Positions 1 to 8,289 of a DNA stretch of 26,767 nucleotides are shown here, one piece after another. A program made the position numbers and the translations under genes. This stretch comes from a virus (lineage: Duplodnaviria; Caudoviricetes), in IMG/VR virus record IMGVR_UViG_3300005764_000070, positions 1 through 26,767 of that record. One strand, given 5' to 3'. The notes beneath the pieces were generated by a model, which saw only the letters and a list, made by a program, of their open reading frames with translations, searched no databases and was not told the origin of the DNA. How positions within the stretch are numbered: the first letter of the stretch is position 1; every line of letters starts with the position of its first letter.

Positions 1-114
1 GAGAACGAGCGGCTGCGGGCGGCGCTAGAGAAGCATCACGATCTGCTATCGGATGAACCTGGGGATGTCTGCCGGACGTGTGCTCTCGACTACCTTGGTA
101 GAGATACGGAGTGA
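1..114 (+). CDS. 3' end of a small accessory protein (ENERLRAALE coiled-coil motif, HH...CxxC), truncated by the window edge
   Basis: Frame 1 is open from base 1 to TGA at 112-114 and reads ENERLRAALEKHHDLLSDEPGDVCRTCALDYLGRDTE. The next ATG follows at 116. Confidence 0.6.
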   Translation, partial: ENERLRAALEKHHDLLSDEPGDVCRTCALDYLGRDTE

Positions 115-115
115 T

Positions 116-322
116 ATGTCTACAAAAGAGATGGTGTTAGTGAGCCGAATCGGACAGCGAGTCCAACGAGACATCAATGAGGCTTACCTCAAGGCGTGCC
201 AGGACCGGGACGCACTGCGAGCAGCGTTGGACATGATCTACAACGCGGAAGGCGACCACCCGGTCTGCGGCTGCCCCGTCCACAAGGCGATATTCGATGC
301 GTGGGCGAAGCACGGGGTTTGA
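116..322 (+). CDS. Hypothetical 68-aa accessory protein (H..CxC..H motif)
   Basis: ATG at 116 lies just after the upstream stop with GGAG at 108-111. It is a better start than the track's 53. Contains DRDALRAALD. Confidence 0.6.
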   Translation: MSTKEMVLVSRIGQRVQRDINEAYLKACQDRDALRAALDMIYNAEGDHPVCGCPVHKAIFDAWAKHGV

Positions 323-339
323 TAGCGATAAGAACTATT

Positions 340-588
340 GTGTCTGACAAGACTGAGCATGCTGTGCGGGCCGTCTCAGGCGTGTCGAGCGTGTTGCGCG
401 AAGTAACCCACGAGCGCGACGCACTCCGCGCCGACAACGAGTGGCTGAAGGTCGCTGTCCAGCGCAAGACCGAAGAGGTGGAAACGGCGATGAGCGAGGT
501 CGTGCGGCTGCGGGCGGCCATCCGCGCCTATCTCGAAAACGATTCGCAGGCGAACTGGGACGCATTGGCTGCGCTAGTACCGGAATAG
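340..588 (+). CDS. Hypothetical 82-aa coiled-coil accessory protein
   Basis: GTG at 340 is in the frame of track ORF 196..588 and avoids overlap with the previous gene. The protein is helical with ERDALRAD and EVVRLRAAI. The start is uncertain. Confidence 0.6.
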   Translation: MSDKTEHAVRAVSGVSSVLREVTHERDALRADNEWLKVAVQRKTEEVETAMSEVVRLRAAIRAYLENDSQANWDALAALVPE

Positions 589-620
589 GGTTGGCCGAAC
601 GTTCCGCAGCCGGCCAACCC
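588..620. terminator. Hairpin between convergent transcription units, possible bidirectional terminator
   Basis: Perfect 10-bp stem GGGTTGGCCG (588-597) / CGGCCAACCC (611-620) with a 13-nt loop. No U-tract. Confidence 0.55.
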
Positions 621-666
621 CCTGCCTGACGGCCCCGCAAGAACTCAGCCGCCAGACGATGTCAGT

Positions 667-879
667 TTAGAGAATGCGCTGGAAGATCTCGTAGATGAAC
701 AGCAGCACGAGCGCGATGCCGCCGACCAGCAGCAGGACCGAAACGGCCGTGCTTTCCCACTTGCCGGTCACCGTGTGGCCGGCGCGCTCGCGGGTGTAGC
801 CGACCGACAGCGTCACCTCGAGCTTGAACGCCGAGGAGCGCGGCGGGACCGGATCGAGGTCGTCCGGGTCCGGCAGCAT
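667..879 (-). CDS. 70-aa membrane protein with a single C-terminal TM segment, last gene of the lysis cassette
   Basis: Hydrophobic stretch AVSVLLLVGGIALVLLFIY. Starts 7 nt after the upstream stop. Confidence 0.65.
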   Translation of the reverse strand: MLPDPDDLDPVPPRSSAFKLEVTLSVGYTRERAGHTVTGKWESTAVSVLLLVGGIALVLLFIYEIFQRIL

Positions 880-886
880 CGGCAGC

Positions 887-1042
887 TCACAGCAACCGGG
901 CTACCGCCAGGGCGCCGACCAGCACCAGCATGGTCTTCGGGTCCGGCATGCCAATCACAAAGAAGATGATGCTCAACAACAGCACCACCAGGGCGATCAG
1001 CCAGCCGATCGTGATCACCGGCGTGTTCATCTCGAAACGCAT
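887..1042 (-). CDS. 51-aa two-TM membrane protein, holin/antiholin candidate
   Basis: Not in the ORF track. Translated by hand: MRFEMNTPVITIGWLIALVVLLLSIIFFVIGMPDPKTMLVLVGALAVARLL. TGATG overlap with the upstream gene and GGGAG upstream. Confidence 0.8.
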   Translation of the reverse strand: MRFEMNTPVITIGWLIALVVLLLSIIFFVIGMPDPKTMLVLVGALAVARLL

Positions 1043-1221
1043 CAGGCCGTCTCCCTTCCGAACATGAACCCCACTGCTGAGCCGACCACCAGCAGCGCCG
1101 CCTTAGACGCCGCCTCGTCCGTCGATGGACTGACCACGATCCACGTCATGGCGACAATCAGCACGATCGCCACCACCACGGTGCTCAGCGTCTTGACCAA
1201 GACGATCTGCTGATCGGTCAT
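1042..1221 (-). CDS. 59-aa two-TM membrane protein, holin candidate
   Basis: Not in the ORF track. MTDQQIVLVKTLSTVVVAIVLIVAMTWIVVSPSTDEAASKAALLVVGSAVGFMFGRETA. Starts 3 nt after the endolysin stop. Confidence 0.8.
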   Translation of the reverse strand: MTDQQIVLVKTLSTVVVAIVLIVAMTWIVVSPSTDEAASKAALLVVGSAVGFMFGRETA

Positions 1222-1224
1222 GCC

Positions 1225-1968
1225 TCACTCGTACGCCGCCAGCCCCAGGTCCGCGGCGAGCTGCGCGAAACGCCCACTGTCCCACCAGCGGTTGCCGCAA
1301 CACTGTGAGCGCGAGGATGGCGAGATGATGTTGTGGCCCATGAGCGATTTAATGCTTGGATACGTCTGCATCGCCAGCCGCGCCACGGCCAGTGTGCTCT
1401 GATACTGCTCCTCGGTCACCGGTGTGACACCCGAACCGTTGTCCTCAGTCTCGATGCTGACCGTCTGGTAGTTCGGATTGGCCGAGTTGCCGACGATGCC
1501 GACCCACTCGTTGCCCGGCTCAAGGATTCCATTCGCCCAGCTTCCGTCGGCGAGCTTCACGTACTGGTGCTGCTCGCCCTTCAGTCCGATGCCATAGTGC
1601 GAGCTGACCTGGCTGGCCGGGTTGCCGAACCACGAGTCGCAGCTGCTGAGCGTGCCGGCCATGGTGTGGACCACGATCGCCACCACCGGCCAGCCAGCGC
1701 GCCCGTTGTAATGGTTCGGGCTGCCGATCCAGACGACGTCCACCTGGGGCGGCTCGGGCGGCAGCACGTACAGTGGCTCCTTGGCCGAGATCTGCCCCTG
1801 CCAGGTCGGATTCAGGCCGTACAGGATCGCCTCGAGCGAGTTGGCGCCGAAGTCCTGGGCCAGCCACCTGGCCTCGTTCATGGCGTTGATGCCGGCCGAG
1901 ATGGCCGCCTGCTGCTCGCTGAGCTGGTTGAGCAGCTGCTCGAGCGTCGCGCCCTCAGCCGTCTGCAT
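1225..1968 (-). CDS. Endolysin, Zn-dependent N-acetylmuramoyl-L-alanine amidase (Amidase_2 type) with an N-terminal helical extension
   Basis: Motifs SPNH, AIVVHTMAG, SSHYGIG, SIETE, GHNII...SQCCG give the His/His/Cys Zn ligands and catalytic Glu pattern. Adjacent to membrane-protein genes. Confidence 0.9.
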   Translation of the reverse strand: MQTAEGATLEQLLNQLSEQQAAISAGINAMNEARWLAQDFGANSLEAILYGLNPTWQGQISAKEPLYVLPPEPPQVDVVWIGSPNHYNGRAGWPVVAIVVHTMAGTLSSCDSWFGNPASQVSSHYGIGLKGEQHQYVKLADGSWANGILEPGNEWVGIVGNSANPNYQTVSIETEDNGSGVTPVTEEQYQSTLAVARLAMQTYPSIKSLMGHNIISPSSRSQCCGNRWWDSGRFAQLAADLGLAAYE

Positions 1969-2140
1969 ATAGAGGTGTCTCAGGCTGCGTCTGGATATCG
2001 GGCGTCAGCGCCTTGACGTAGGCGTCGACGGAGTCCTCGCCCGTCCAGCGCGCCTCGAGCGCAGCCTTCAGCGCCGCAGACTGAAGCGACTGCTGCGCCT
2101 GGAGCTGCTGGATGGCGGCTTCGATCTCTTCGGGGGTCAT
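1955..2140 (-). CDS. 61-aa helical protein, paralogue of the endolysin N-terminal domain
   Basis: ATGA overlap with the upstream gene. Shares QL..QQ...SA...A..EARW...G..S..A....L.P..Q.Q..PLY with endolysin residues ~9-67. Confidence 0.8.
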   Translation of the reverse strand: MTPEEIEAAIQQLQAQQSLQSAALKAALEARWTGEDSVDAYVKALTPDIQTQPETPLYADG

Positions 2141-2439
2141 GCCTGCTGCCTCGCTTTGAACCGCACGTCGCCGGTGTTCCAGTCGATGTCCACGTCGTGC
2201 TCGCCTGCCGGGATCTGGATGCCCGCGTCCTCACACGCCGCCTCGAACGCCTGCTGGTAGATCATGCGCCGTGTCTGGTGGGCGTTGACCGCGGCCTGGG
2301 CAACCTCAGCACTACCCTCCACACCCGCACCCAGTCGCGACAGACGGCGCAGCGGACCGGCCGCCAGACGGGGCTGGTCCTGCACGATCTGCGTCTCGGC
2401 GAGTGATTCGACGTGACCGTTTTCGATGATCTCTTGCAT
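2137..2439 (-). CDS. Hypothetical 100-aa protein, possible fibre chaperone
   Basis: Start reassigned to ATG at 2439 (MQEIIENG...), which has GGAG 7 nt upstream and follows the fibre stop at 2442. Confidence 0.75.
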   Translation of the reverse strand: MQEIIENGHVESLAETQIVQDQPRLAAGPLRRLSRLGAGVEGSAEVAQAAVNAHQTRRMIYQQAFEAACEDAGIQIPAGEHDVDIDWNTGDVRFKARQQA

Positions 2440-2441
2440 GT

Positions 2442-3503
2442 TCACACTCCGAAAGCTATCCACTGGACCTGAACCGTCTGGGTGCCACTCTGGTTGGTCT
2501 GGCACCGAATGACTGCTTGCGTATTGCTGGCAGCCGTCGCGCCGCAGGCGTAGTTGGCCACGTCGCCGCCGACGCTATTGGCCGGTCCGTTGACGATGAT
2601 CACCGGCACGCTCGCGAATGCCCTGGCGTAAGTGATCGTCTGCGCGGCCACGCTGCCGAAAGTGCTGCTCGCACCGCCCGTGGGCGAAAGCGTGACACTG
2701 CCCGACTCGATGTGCGGCTGCTGCGTTGCGTTGGCCGCGACCACGGCGGCGTAGCCGCCGGCCGTCGTCTGCCCAAGGGCCGAGCTACCCGTGTTCTGGG
2801 TGTAGTTGCCGCTCGCGTCGAAGCCCGCGAACTGGACGCTGTTGGCCGCGTTCACGAAGCGCAGCCCCGAGGCGTGCGCTTGCAGCACAGTATTGGCGCC
2901 ATCGAACCACAGCATCCCGCCGCCGCTGCCGAACGTGGCGTTGGTGGGAATCGAGATGCTGCCGCCCGCAACCAGGGGGCTGGTGGGCAACACGTAGTTG
3001 CTGCCGTCGAAGCCGAGGTAATGTGAGCCGTTGCCCAGGAACACGTAGCCCGTGCCGTTGCTGCGGTTGGCGTTCAGGTCACCGGCTGCGGCACTGATGG
3101 CCGGCCCGGCCGTAACGTAGCTGCTCGCCCACACGTAGGTGGCGTTCACCCCGCCGTTAGCCACCAGGTTGCCGGTCACGGTCAGCGTGCTGCTCATGCT
3201 GGCCGCACCGCCGACGGTGAGCGTGCTATCCACCTGAAGCGTGGCCAGGTGGGTGTTGCCCAGCACCGTGGCAGTGCCGTTGACCAGCAGGTTGCGGCCT
3301 ACGGTCAGGTCGCGACTGGGCGACAGATCCTGAAACCCACCTCCCTGGTGTGCACCGGAGTGGTTGTGGCCGGTGGTGGTGTTGAACAAACCGTCGATAG
3401 TGTTGAGCGAGCCGCGCAGCCCGGCGGTCTGCGTCAGATAGTCGGCCGTGTCGTCGTTATCGACGCATAACGCGAGGTTGAGTTCAGCAGTCAGATCGCT
3501 CAT
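2442..3503 (-). CDS. Tail fibre / receptor-binding protein, 353 aa
   Basis: GHNHSG knot-like motif, beta-repeats (LTVG.., L.V.G), Gly/Ser/Thr/Ala-rich composition, and a C-terminal ITYARAF..VPVI...VQWIAFG tip typical of small fibre-end beta domains. Confidence 0.8.
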   Translation of the reverse strand: MSDLTAELNLALCVDNDDTADYLTQTAGLRGSLNTIDGLFNTTTGHNHSGAHQGGGFQDLSPSRDLTVGRNLLVNGTATVLGNTHLATLQVDSTLTVGGAASMSSTLTVTGNLVANGGVNATYVWASSYVTAGPAISAAAGDLNANRSNGTGYVFLGNGSHYLGFDGSNYVLPTSPLVAGGSISIPTNATFGSGGGMLWFDGANTVLQAHASGLRFVNAANSVQFAGFDASGNYTQNTGSSALGQTTAGGYAAVVAANATQQPHIESGSVTLSPTGGASSTFGSVAAQTITYARAFASVPVIIVNGPANSVGGDVANYACGATAASNTQAVIRCQTNQSGTQTVQVQWIAFGV

Positions 3504-5542
3504 AAGGCCCTCAAGCTGGAGACTTTATAGCCACGCAAATCACCCACCCTGGTGCCGCGCAGACGCTTCACGATGCCGTACACGGTCAGGATGCGGAACT
3601 GGGTGGCCTGGATATCGATGCCCCACGAGCGGCCACCACCCGCTTGCATGGGCAGCATGCGCTCCTGATAACCAAAGACGGCTACCTCGTTGATCGTCTC
3701 GTCGGGCAGCTCGATCGCCAGGCTGCCGGGCGATGCGGCGAAGTCCAGCATGTCGGCGTGGAGCTGGTCCGAATTGAGCCGCTGCACCGCACCGTCCAGG
3801 CGCGTGTGAAACCCGTTGGCGTCGATGGTCATCTGCACGTCGCGTTTGAAGGCCGGCACCACGCGCTCGTGGAAAGCCACGATCTCCAACACCGGCGTGT
3901 CGGCCGTGGTGGTGTTCTGGAGCGAGGCCTTGAGCGACAGAGCGTTACCCACCAGATTGGGCGGCGTGTCGATGCGCTGGCCATTGCTGACGAACTCGCC
4001 GAGGTACAACCAGTTGCCCGTGGGGTCCGTCGGCGGAGCTCCAGCCGAGGCCATGATGCGGTAGTAGAGCAGCACCTCGTCGCCCGGGCGCATCACCGGT
4101 CCGAAGACGGAAAAGCCCAGCCAGTGCTTGAGATCCGCCTGGAACATGGCGTGATGCAGTGGGAAGACGATCTCGCTGGGGCCGGTGATGAACTCGGCGC
4201 CCGAGTCGGCCGCCAGCGGCGAGCGCACCAGCTTGATCCACGTCCACGTGCCGTTGTCGAAGCCGATGTACAGACGGTCCTGGCCGCTCGCGCCGGAGAT
4301 GCCCATCGCCGTGACCCGCACGCTGGCCCAGGTCGCCAGGGCGCCGTCGAACTGATCGTCAAACGAGAAGGTGGTGCCCTGGTCCGTCTCGTGCGGCTCC
4401 CAGTTGCCGTAGCTGAGCAGGTAGCTGCTGGTGGTCGCCGTGTTGTACACGCACAGGTAGGCGCGGTAGCCGCCCCAACCGGTGAACGCCTGCACGTCGC
4501 CCCGTACCGGCGAGGCATTGTCCAGCAGCATGCCGGGGCCGCTCGGGTTGAGCGACTCGGCCGGCACGTCCAGGCGATAGAAACTCGGCCCCACGCGGAA
4601 CCAGAGCGAGCCTAACCAGGCTGCGACGGTGCGCCCGTTCTCGAAACTGGCTGGCCCGCGCAAGCCGGGGAACAGGTCGTTGGTGGTGCCGTCCGAGTTC
4701 AGCGTGTAGACGCTGCCATCAGCCTTGAAGATGTGCAGGCGGTTGGCGGTCTGCTTGATGGCCGTGATGTAGTTCGCTGGCGTACCGATCAGGTATGGCC
4801 CACTCCAGTTGCCGGCCACCTTGGGGTCGCTGGTGACCTTGCGCACCACGCTGTTGGCGGTGTCCGCGGCCCACAGCTCAGGCCCGACCACCTCCAGGCG
4901 ATTGGCCAGAAAGCCGCTCGGCAACGCGCAGTTTGTCCATGTCCCGCCGGGCGTGCGCTCCCATAACGCCCCGTTGTTGAACGCCACATATATGCTCGCA
5001 CCAGCCCCGGCGAACCCACCCTGGAAGACGACGGCATCCAGGGGCAGAGCCGGGCTGAAATCGCGATCGACGGGCTGGAGGTTGGTGTCGTCCGTCCTGC
5101 GGTAGACCTTGGTGCCGGCCAGGATGAACTGCACCGGCGAACCGCTGGCGTTGGGCGCGTCGATGAACTCGTACACCTGGCCGCCGGCGGCCGTGTTGGG
5201 GGTGATCGGGTGCGGCAGCGGCCCCTTGCCGAACAGCCCGCCGTCCACCTGAATGTTGTTGCCCCAGTAGTAGCGCCGATCGCCGAAGCTGATCTGCACG
5301 CGCTCGCCGTAGCCTGCCGTCGGCCGCAGCGGAAACGTCCTCTCTCTATAGACGGGCGCGGAGCCATATTCTTGCACCGAGGGCACCACGCTATCGAGCA
5401 TCTGCTGCTTGCGCGCCAGCATCAGCGTGCCGTCCTGCCCGACCACCAGCATCAGGCCGATGCGATCGATGGGATCGCCCAGGATGCTGCCCATGCGGAG
5501 GTGCCACGGCCAGGGGCGTCGGCGACTGCTGAGCAGGCTCAC
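3500..5542 (-). CDS. 680-aa beta-rich virion structural protein, probable short-tail nozzle/stabilisation protein (T7 gp12 / P22 gp10 analogue)
   Basis: Size, repeated short beta-strand/Gly-Asp turns suggestive of propeller blades, and position between adaptor/fibre genes. The function is inferred. Confidence 0.6.
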   Translation of the reverse strand: MSLLSSRRRPWPWHLRMGSILGDPIDRIGLMLVVGQDGTLMLARKQQMLDSVVPSVQEYGSAPVYRERTFPLRPTAGYGERVQISFGDRRYYWGNNIQVDGGLFGKGPLPHPITPNTAAGGQVYEFIDAPNASGSPVQFILAGTKVYRRTDDTNLQPVDRDFSPALPLDAVVFQGGFAGAGASIYVAFNNGALWERTPGGTWTNCALPSGFLANRLEVVGPELWAADTANSVVRKVTSDPKVAGNWSGPYLIGTPANYITAIKQTANRLHIFKADGSVYTLNSDGTTNDLFPGLRGPASFENGRTVAAWLGSLWFRVGPSFYRLDVPAESLNPSGPGMLLDNASPVRGDVQAFTGWGGYRAYLCVYNTATTSSYLLSYGNWEPHETDQGTTFSFDDQFDGALATWASVRVTAMGISGASGQDRLYIGFDNGTWTWIKLVRSPLAADSGAEFITGPSEIVFPLHHAMFQADLKHWLGFSVFGPVMRPGDEVLLYYRIMASAGAPPTDPTGNWLYLGEFVSNGQRIDTPPNLVGNALSLKASLQNTTTADTPVLEIVAFHERVVPAFKRDVQMTIDANGFHTRLDGAVQRLNSDQLHADMLDFAASPGSLAIELPDETINEVAVFGYQERMLPMQAGGGRSWGIDIQATQFRILTVYGIVKRLRGTRVGDLRGYKVSSLRAL

Positions 5543-5826
5543 TAGATGCCGATGATCCTTGAGATGAAGGTCATGTCCACGGCGTCCAGGGCGGTGTCCA
5601 GATCGGCGATGGCGCTTTTGATGGTCGCCTCCTGGCTAGCGTCGAAGTAGTACGGCGCACCCTTCAGATCGGTGACTGCCAACCACGCGGCATCCTGATT
5701 GATGGTGATCTTGCTGGCCGAAAAGCCTCTGAGGTGGAGGCCGATCAGGCCATTGACCTCGTCGGCGCTCCTGGGCTGGGTGCCGATAGTGGCTGGTGGC
5801 GCGGGAGGATCAGTGGGAATGGTCAT
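5542..5826 (-). CDS. Hypothetical 94-aa protein
   Basis: Overlaps both neighbours (ATGA upstream, TAGTG downstream) and has typical codon bias. Confidence 0.75.
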   Translation of the reverse strand: MTIPTDPPAPPATIGTQPRSADEVNGLIGLHLRGFSASKITINQDAAWLAVTDLKGAPYYFDASQEATIKSAIADLDTALDAVDMTFISRIIGI

Positions 5827-6722
5827 CGGTTCTCCAATGCTGCGAACCTTGCCTCGGTCTTGGCGATGTACTGCTTGAGGGCCTCAAACGTGACCGCCGA
5901 GATGCGGTCATAGTCGAGGGCTATCACGTCGCCGATGGCGTCCAGTACCACGACATTCGGCAGGACTGAGAGCCAATCGTCGGCCACAAACCCCACCTTT
6001 CGATTACCCGTGGCGATTTCCGTATAGCTGACGCCGTGAACACGCTCGTCCATGACCACACCGAGCGGGTCGGCCAGGGTAGCGATGTCGGATTTTGATC
6101 TGCGTGCCGATTGCGGAGTAAAGGCTTGCCCGAGGCAAGTCGCCCAGGCCGAGCCGCCTTGTGTCCGGAACCAGTGCTGGCCACCCTGATTGGCCAGTTG
6201 GTAGAAGCTCACGTTGCCATCACTGGAGATAAGCGCGCCATTGAACGTCAGGGTCTGACCCTTGATGGTCAGGCTGCCGCCACTGTCCAGGCTCATGGTC
6301 TGCACCAGAGAAGCCGGATTCGCACCAGAGGCAGCCATGTACCACTGGTGGGCGCCGCCTACGGTCGAGGTGTACAGCGACCCCTGGTTCGCCACGTTGT
6401 ATCGCTGCCAGTTTGTGCCGTCGTAGTACAGGTTGCAGGTGAGATTAGAGCCTTGCTCAGCGCTCAGAATGGCGAAATTACTCGCGCCTGGAGCTTCGAG
6501 ACTCAAGCAACCTGCTGCGGTCGCAGGGTTGCGGATGATCGCGCTCGGGCCGATCTTGATCTGGCGGCTCAGGTTCAGGTCGCGTGGCCTGCTCGCCCCC
6601 GACGCCCCGATGTCATAGGTCGCATCAGGCGCAAACGTCAGGTTCTGGCTCAGCGGCAGCGTGATACCGCCACTGCTCAGCGGCTGCCAGGCCGCGCCAT
6701 CCCAGTACTTCAGAACAGCCAT
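5823..6722 (-). CDS. Tail fibre/spike protein with a C-terminal intramolecular chaperone (peptidase S74-like) domain
   Basis: SARRSKSDI keeps the S-x4-K spacing of SDxRLKxNI, followed by GFVADD, LDYDRI and a terminal coiled coil. Confidence 0.8.
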   Translation of the reverse strand: MAVLKYWDGAAWQPLSSGGITLPLSQNLTFAPDATYDIGASGASRPRDLNLSRQIKIGPSAIIRNPATAAGCLSLEAPGASNFAILSAEQGSNLTCNLYYDGTNWQRYNVANQGSLYTSTVGGAHQWYMAASGANPASLVQTMSLDSGGSLTIKGQTLTFNGALISSDGNVSFYQLANQGGQHWFRTQGGSAWATCLGQAFTPQSARRSKSDIATLADPLGVVMDERVHGVSYTEIATGNRKVGFVADDWLSVLPNVVVLDAIGDVIALDYDRISAVTFEALKQYIAKTEARFAALENR

Positions 6723-6926
6723 CTACGAGGTGTCTACCCACAGAATCTGCGAGGTGCGAGGCGAGGGCGCGGTCGTACCGACGTACACCTGCCAGGATTG
6801 CCAGGCCGTGCCGTTCCACCAGTACATAACGTTGGTGCTGGTGTCGTAGTACATCTCGCCCACCTGGGGCGTGGCTGGAGCTGCTGCCAGCCGAACGTTG
6901 CGGAGCCGTCCGTAGATCTCAGGCAT
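6723..6926 (-). CDS. 67-aa fibre-associated protein (AP..P..G.hYYDT...hhWW.G..W module)
   Basis: The true start is ATG at 6926 (TGATG overlap), MPEIYGRLRN...ILWVDTS. The track's longer 7364 start overlaps the upstream gene. Confidence 0.8.
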   Translation of the reverse strand: MPEIYGRLRNVRLAAAPATPQVGEMYYDTSTNVMYWWNGTAWQSWQVYVGTTAPSPRTSQILWVDTS

Positions 6927-8287
6927 CAGCCAATGATCGTGGTCCGGATGGTGTTGGCCGTCTGGCTCGCGCCGAAGGTAATCGTCACGTCGCCGTTTGC
7001 CGCCACGCTGATGTCGGGCAGGATGACGGCGCCGGTCGCGTCGATCTGGCACTGCACCAGCAAACCTCGCGAGGCGCGGCAGCCGTGGGTTGCCTGAGTG
7101 ATAGTGATAGTGGCGCCTGCGCCGTGGGTAGCTGACGAGTAGTAGACCACCGACTGGAAGGCGAGCATCGCCTGGGTCACGCCACCCGTGGTGATCTGAA
7201 TCGAATCGGCGTTGACGGTGATCCCCGAGCCAGCCCCTACGTCCAGGCTGTTGCCGGTCTTGGTCAGGCCCGCACCAGCGGTGATCATGCCCGCGCCCGA
7301 GAACTGAGCGAACACCAGTGGGGTGGTATCGAGCGTGATCGGCTGATTGGTGGTCAGTACCCACCCGCTGTCAGCGTTGGCCGTGCCCTCCTCGATGAAG
7401 GTGAACATGCCGGCCGTCATCTCGGCACTCACGTCCGCATCGGTAGCGCGAGTCACGCCGACGGCAGCCCCGTTCCAGACCCAGATGCCGTTCTGGGAGC
7501 CAGTCGTTTGATCCTTCAGCAGAATGCGGTCACCGACGACCAGGGTCACGCCGTCGAGGGTCGCGCCGGGGGAAGACGTGTTGACGTTCGCCGTCGAGGC
7601 GGCGCGGCAAGAGTTCTTGACATCCAGCCCCTGCGCGATGCCATCGACGTAGCCCTTGCTCGCCGCGTCAAGGACGCCTATGGGTGTCGCCAGATTGCTG
7701 ATGCGCTGGTTGTTGAGTGACACCGCCGCAACCGGTGCCGTAATAGCGTCCAGGGTGCGGTTGCCAGGCATGGCTTGCTGGGCACCGGCTCCCAGCGTGC
7801 GGAGGCTGCCGGTAGCCACCACCGCATCCACGGCCATTGGGTCTGAGCCACCTGGCTGGTGGGTGGTGGCGTGCGCCGTCGGCGTGCGAGCGTCAGTGAA
7901 ACGGCTGTCATTGCCCGCCGCTGCCTGGGTCCCGCCTGTACCCAGCGTCCGCAGGCTGGGCGTGCCGGCCGTGCCGTCCTTGTTGGCCGCCGCGACATCG
8001 GTATCCACGATGACGCCCGTGGCGATCTGGACGCTGGTAGCCGTACCGGTGATGTCGCCGGCAAGCTGGATGGTGCCTTGCGTCGTGGTGGTCGCCGGTG
8101 GGGTTCCACCCGCGCCGCCCTTGGCCGATTGCCAGACGCTGCCGTCCCACCACCACAGGGTGTTGTCAACGGTGTTGTAGTAGAGCTGCCCGGTGACAGG
8201 GCTGGAGGGCGCGGTGCCAAGCTGGTGGCCGCGCAGGTTGCGCGCCTCGTACTTGGAGAAGTCCAGGGCGTTGGCAAGCGTTGGCAT
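6926..8287 (-). CDS. Fibre protein (tail or head fibre), 453 aa
   Basis: GQLYYNT..WWWDG module, G.IQLAGD, duplicated SLRTLG.G..QA..GN, RISNLATP...DAASKGYVD neck motif and LDGVTL..GDRILLKDQ...QNGIW, all common in trimeric phage fibres. Confidence 0.8.
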   Translation of the reverse strand: MPTLANALDFSKYEARNLRGHQLGTAPSSPVTGQLYYNTVDNTLWWWDGSVWQSAKGGAGGTPPATTTTQGTIQLAGDITGTATSVQIATGVIVDTDVAAANKDGTAGTPSLRTLGTGGTQAAAGNDSRFTDARTPTAHATTHQPGGSDPMAVDAVVATGSLRTLGAGAQQAMPGNRTLDAITAPVAAVSLNNQRISNLATPIGVLDAASKGYVDGIAQGLDVKNSCRAASTANVNTSSPGATLDGVTLVVGDRILLKDQTTGSQNGIWVWNGAAVGVTRATDADVSAEMTAGMFTFIEEGTANADSGWVLTTNQPITLDTTPLVFAQFSGAGMITAGAGLTKTGNSLDVGAGSGITVNADSIQITTGGVTQAMLAFQSVVYYSSATHGAGATITITQATHGCRASRGLLVQCQIDATGAVILPDISVAANGDVTITFGASQTANTIRTTIIG

Positions 8288-8289
8288 GG

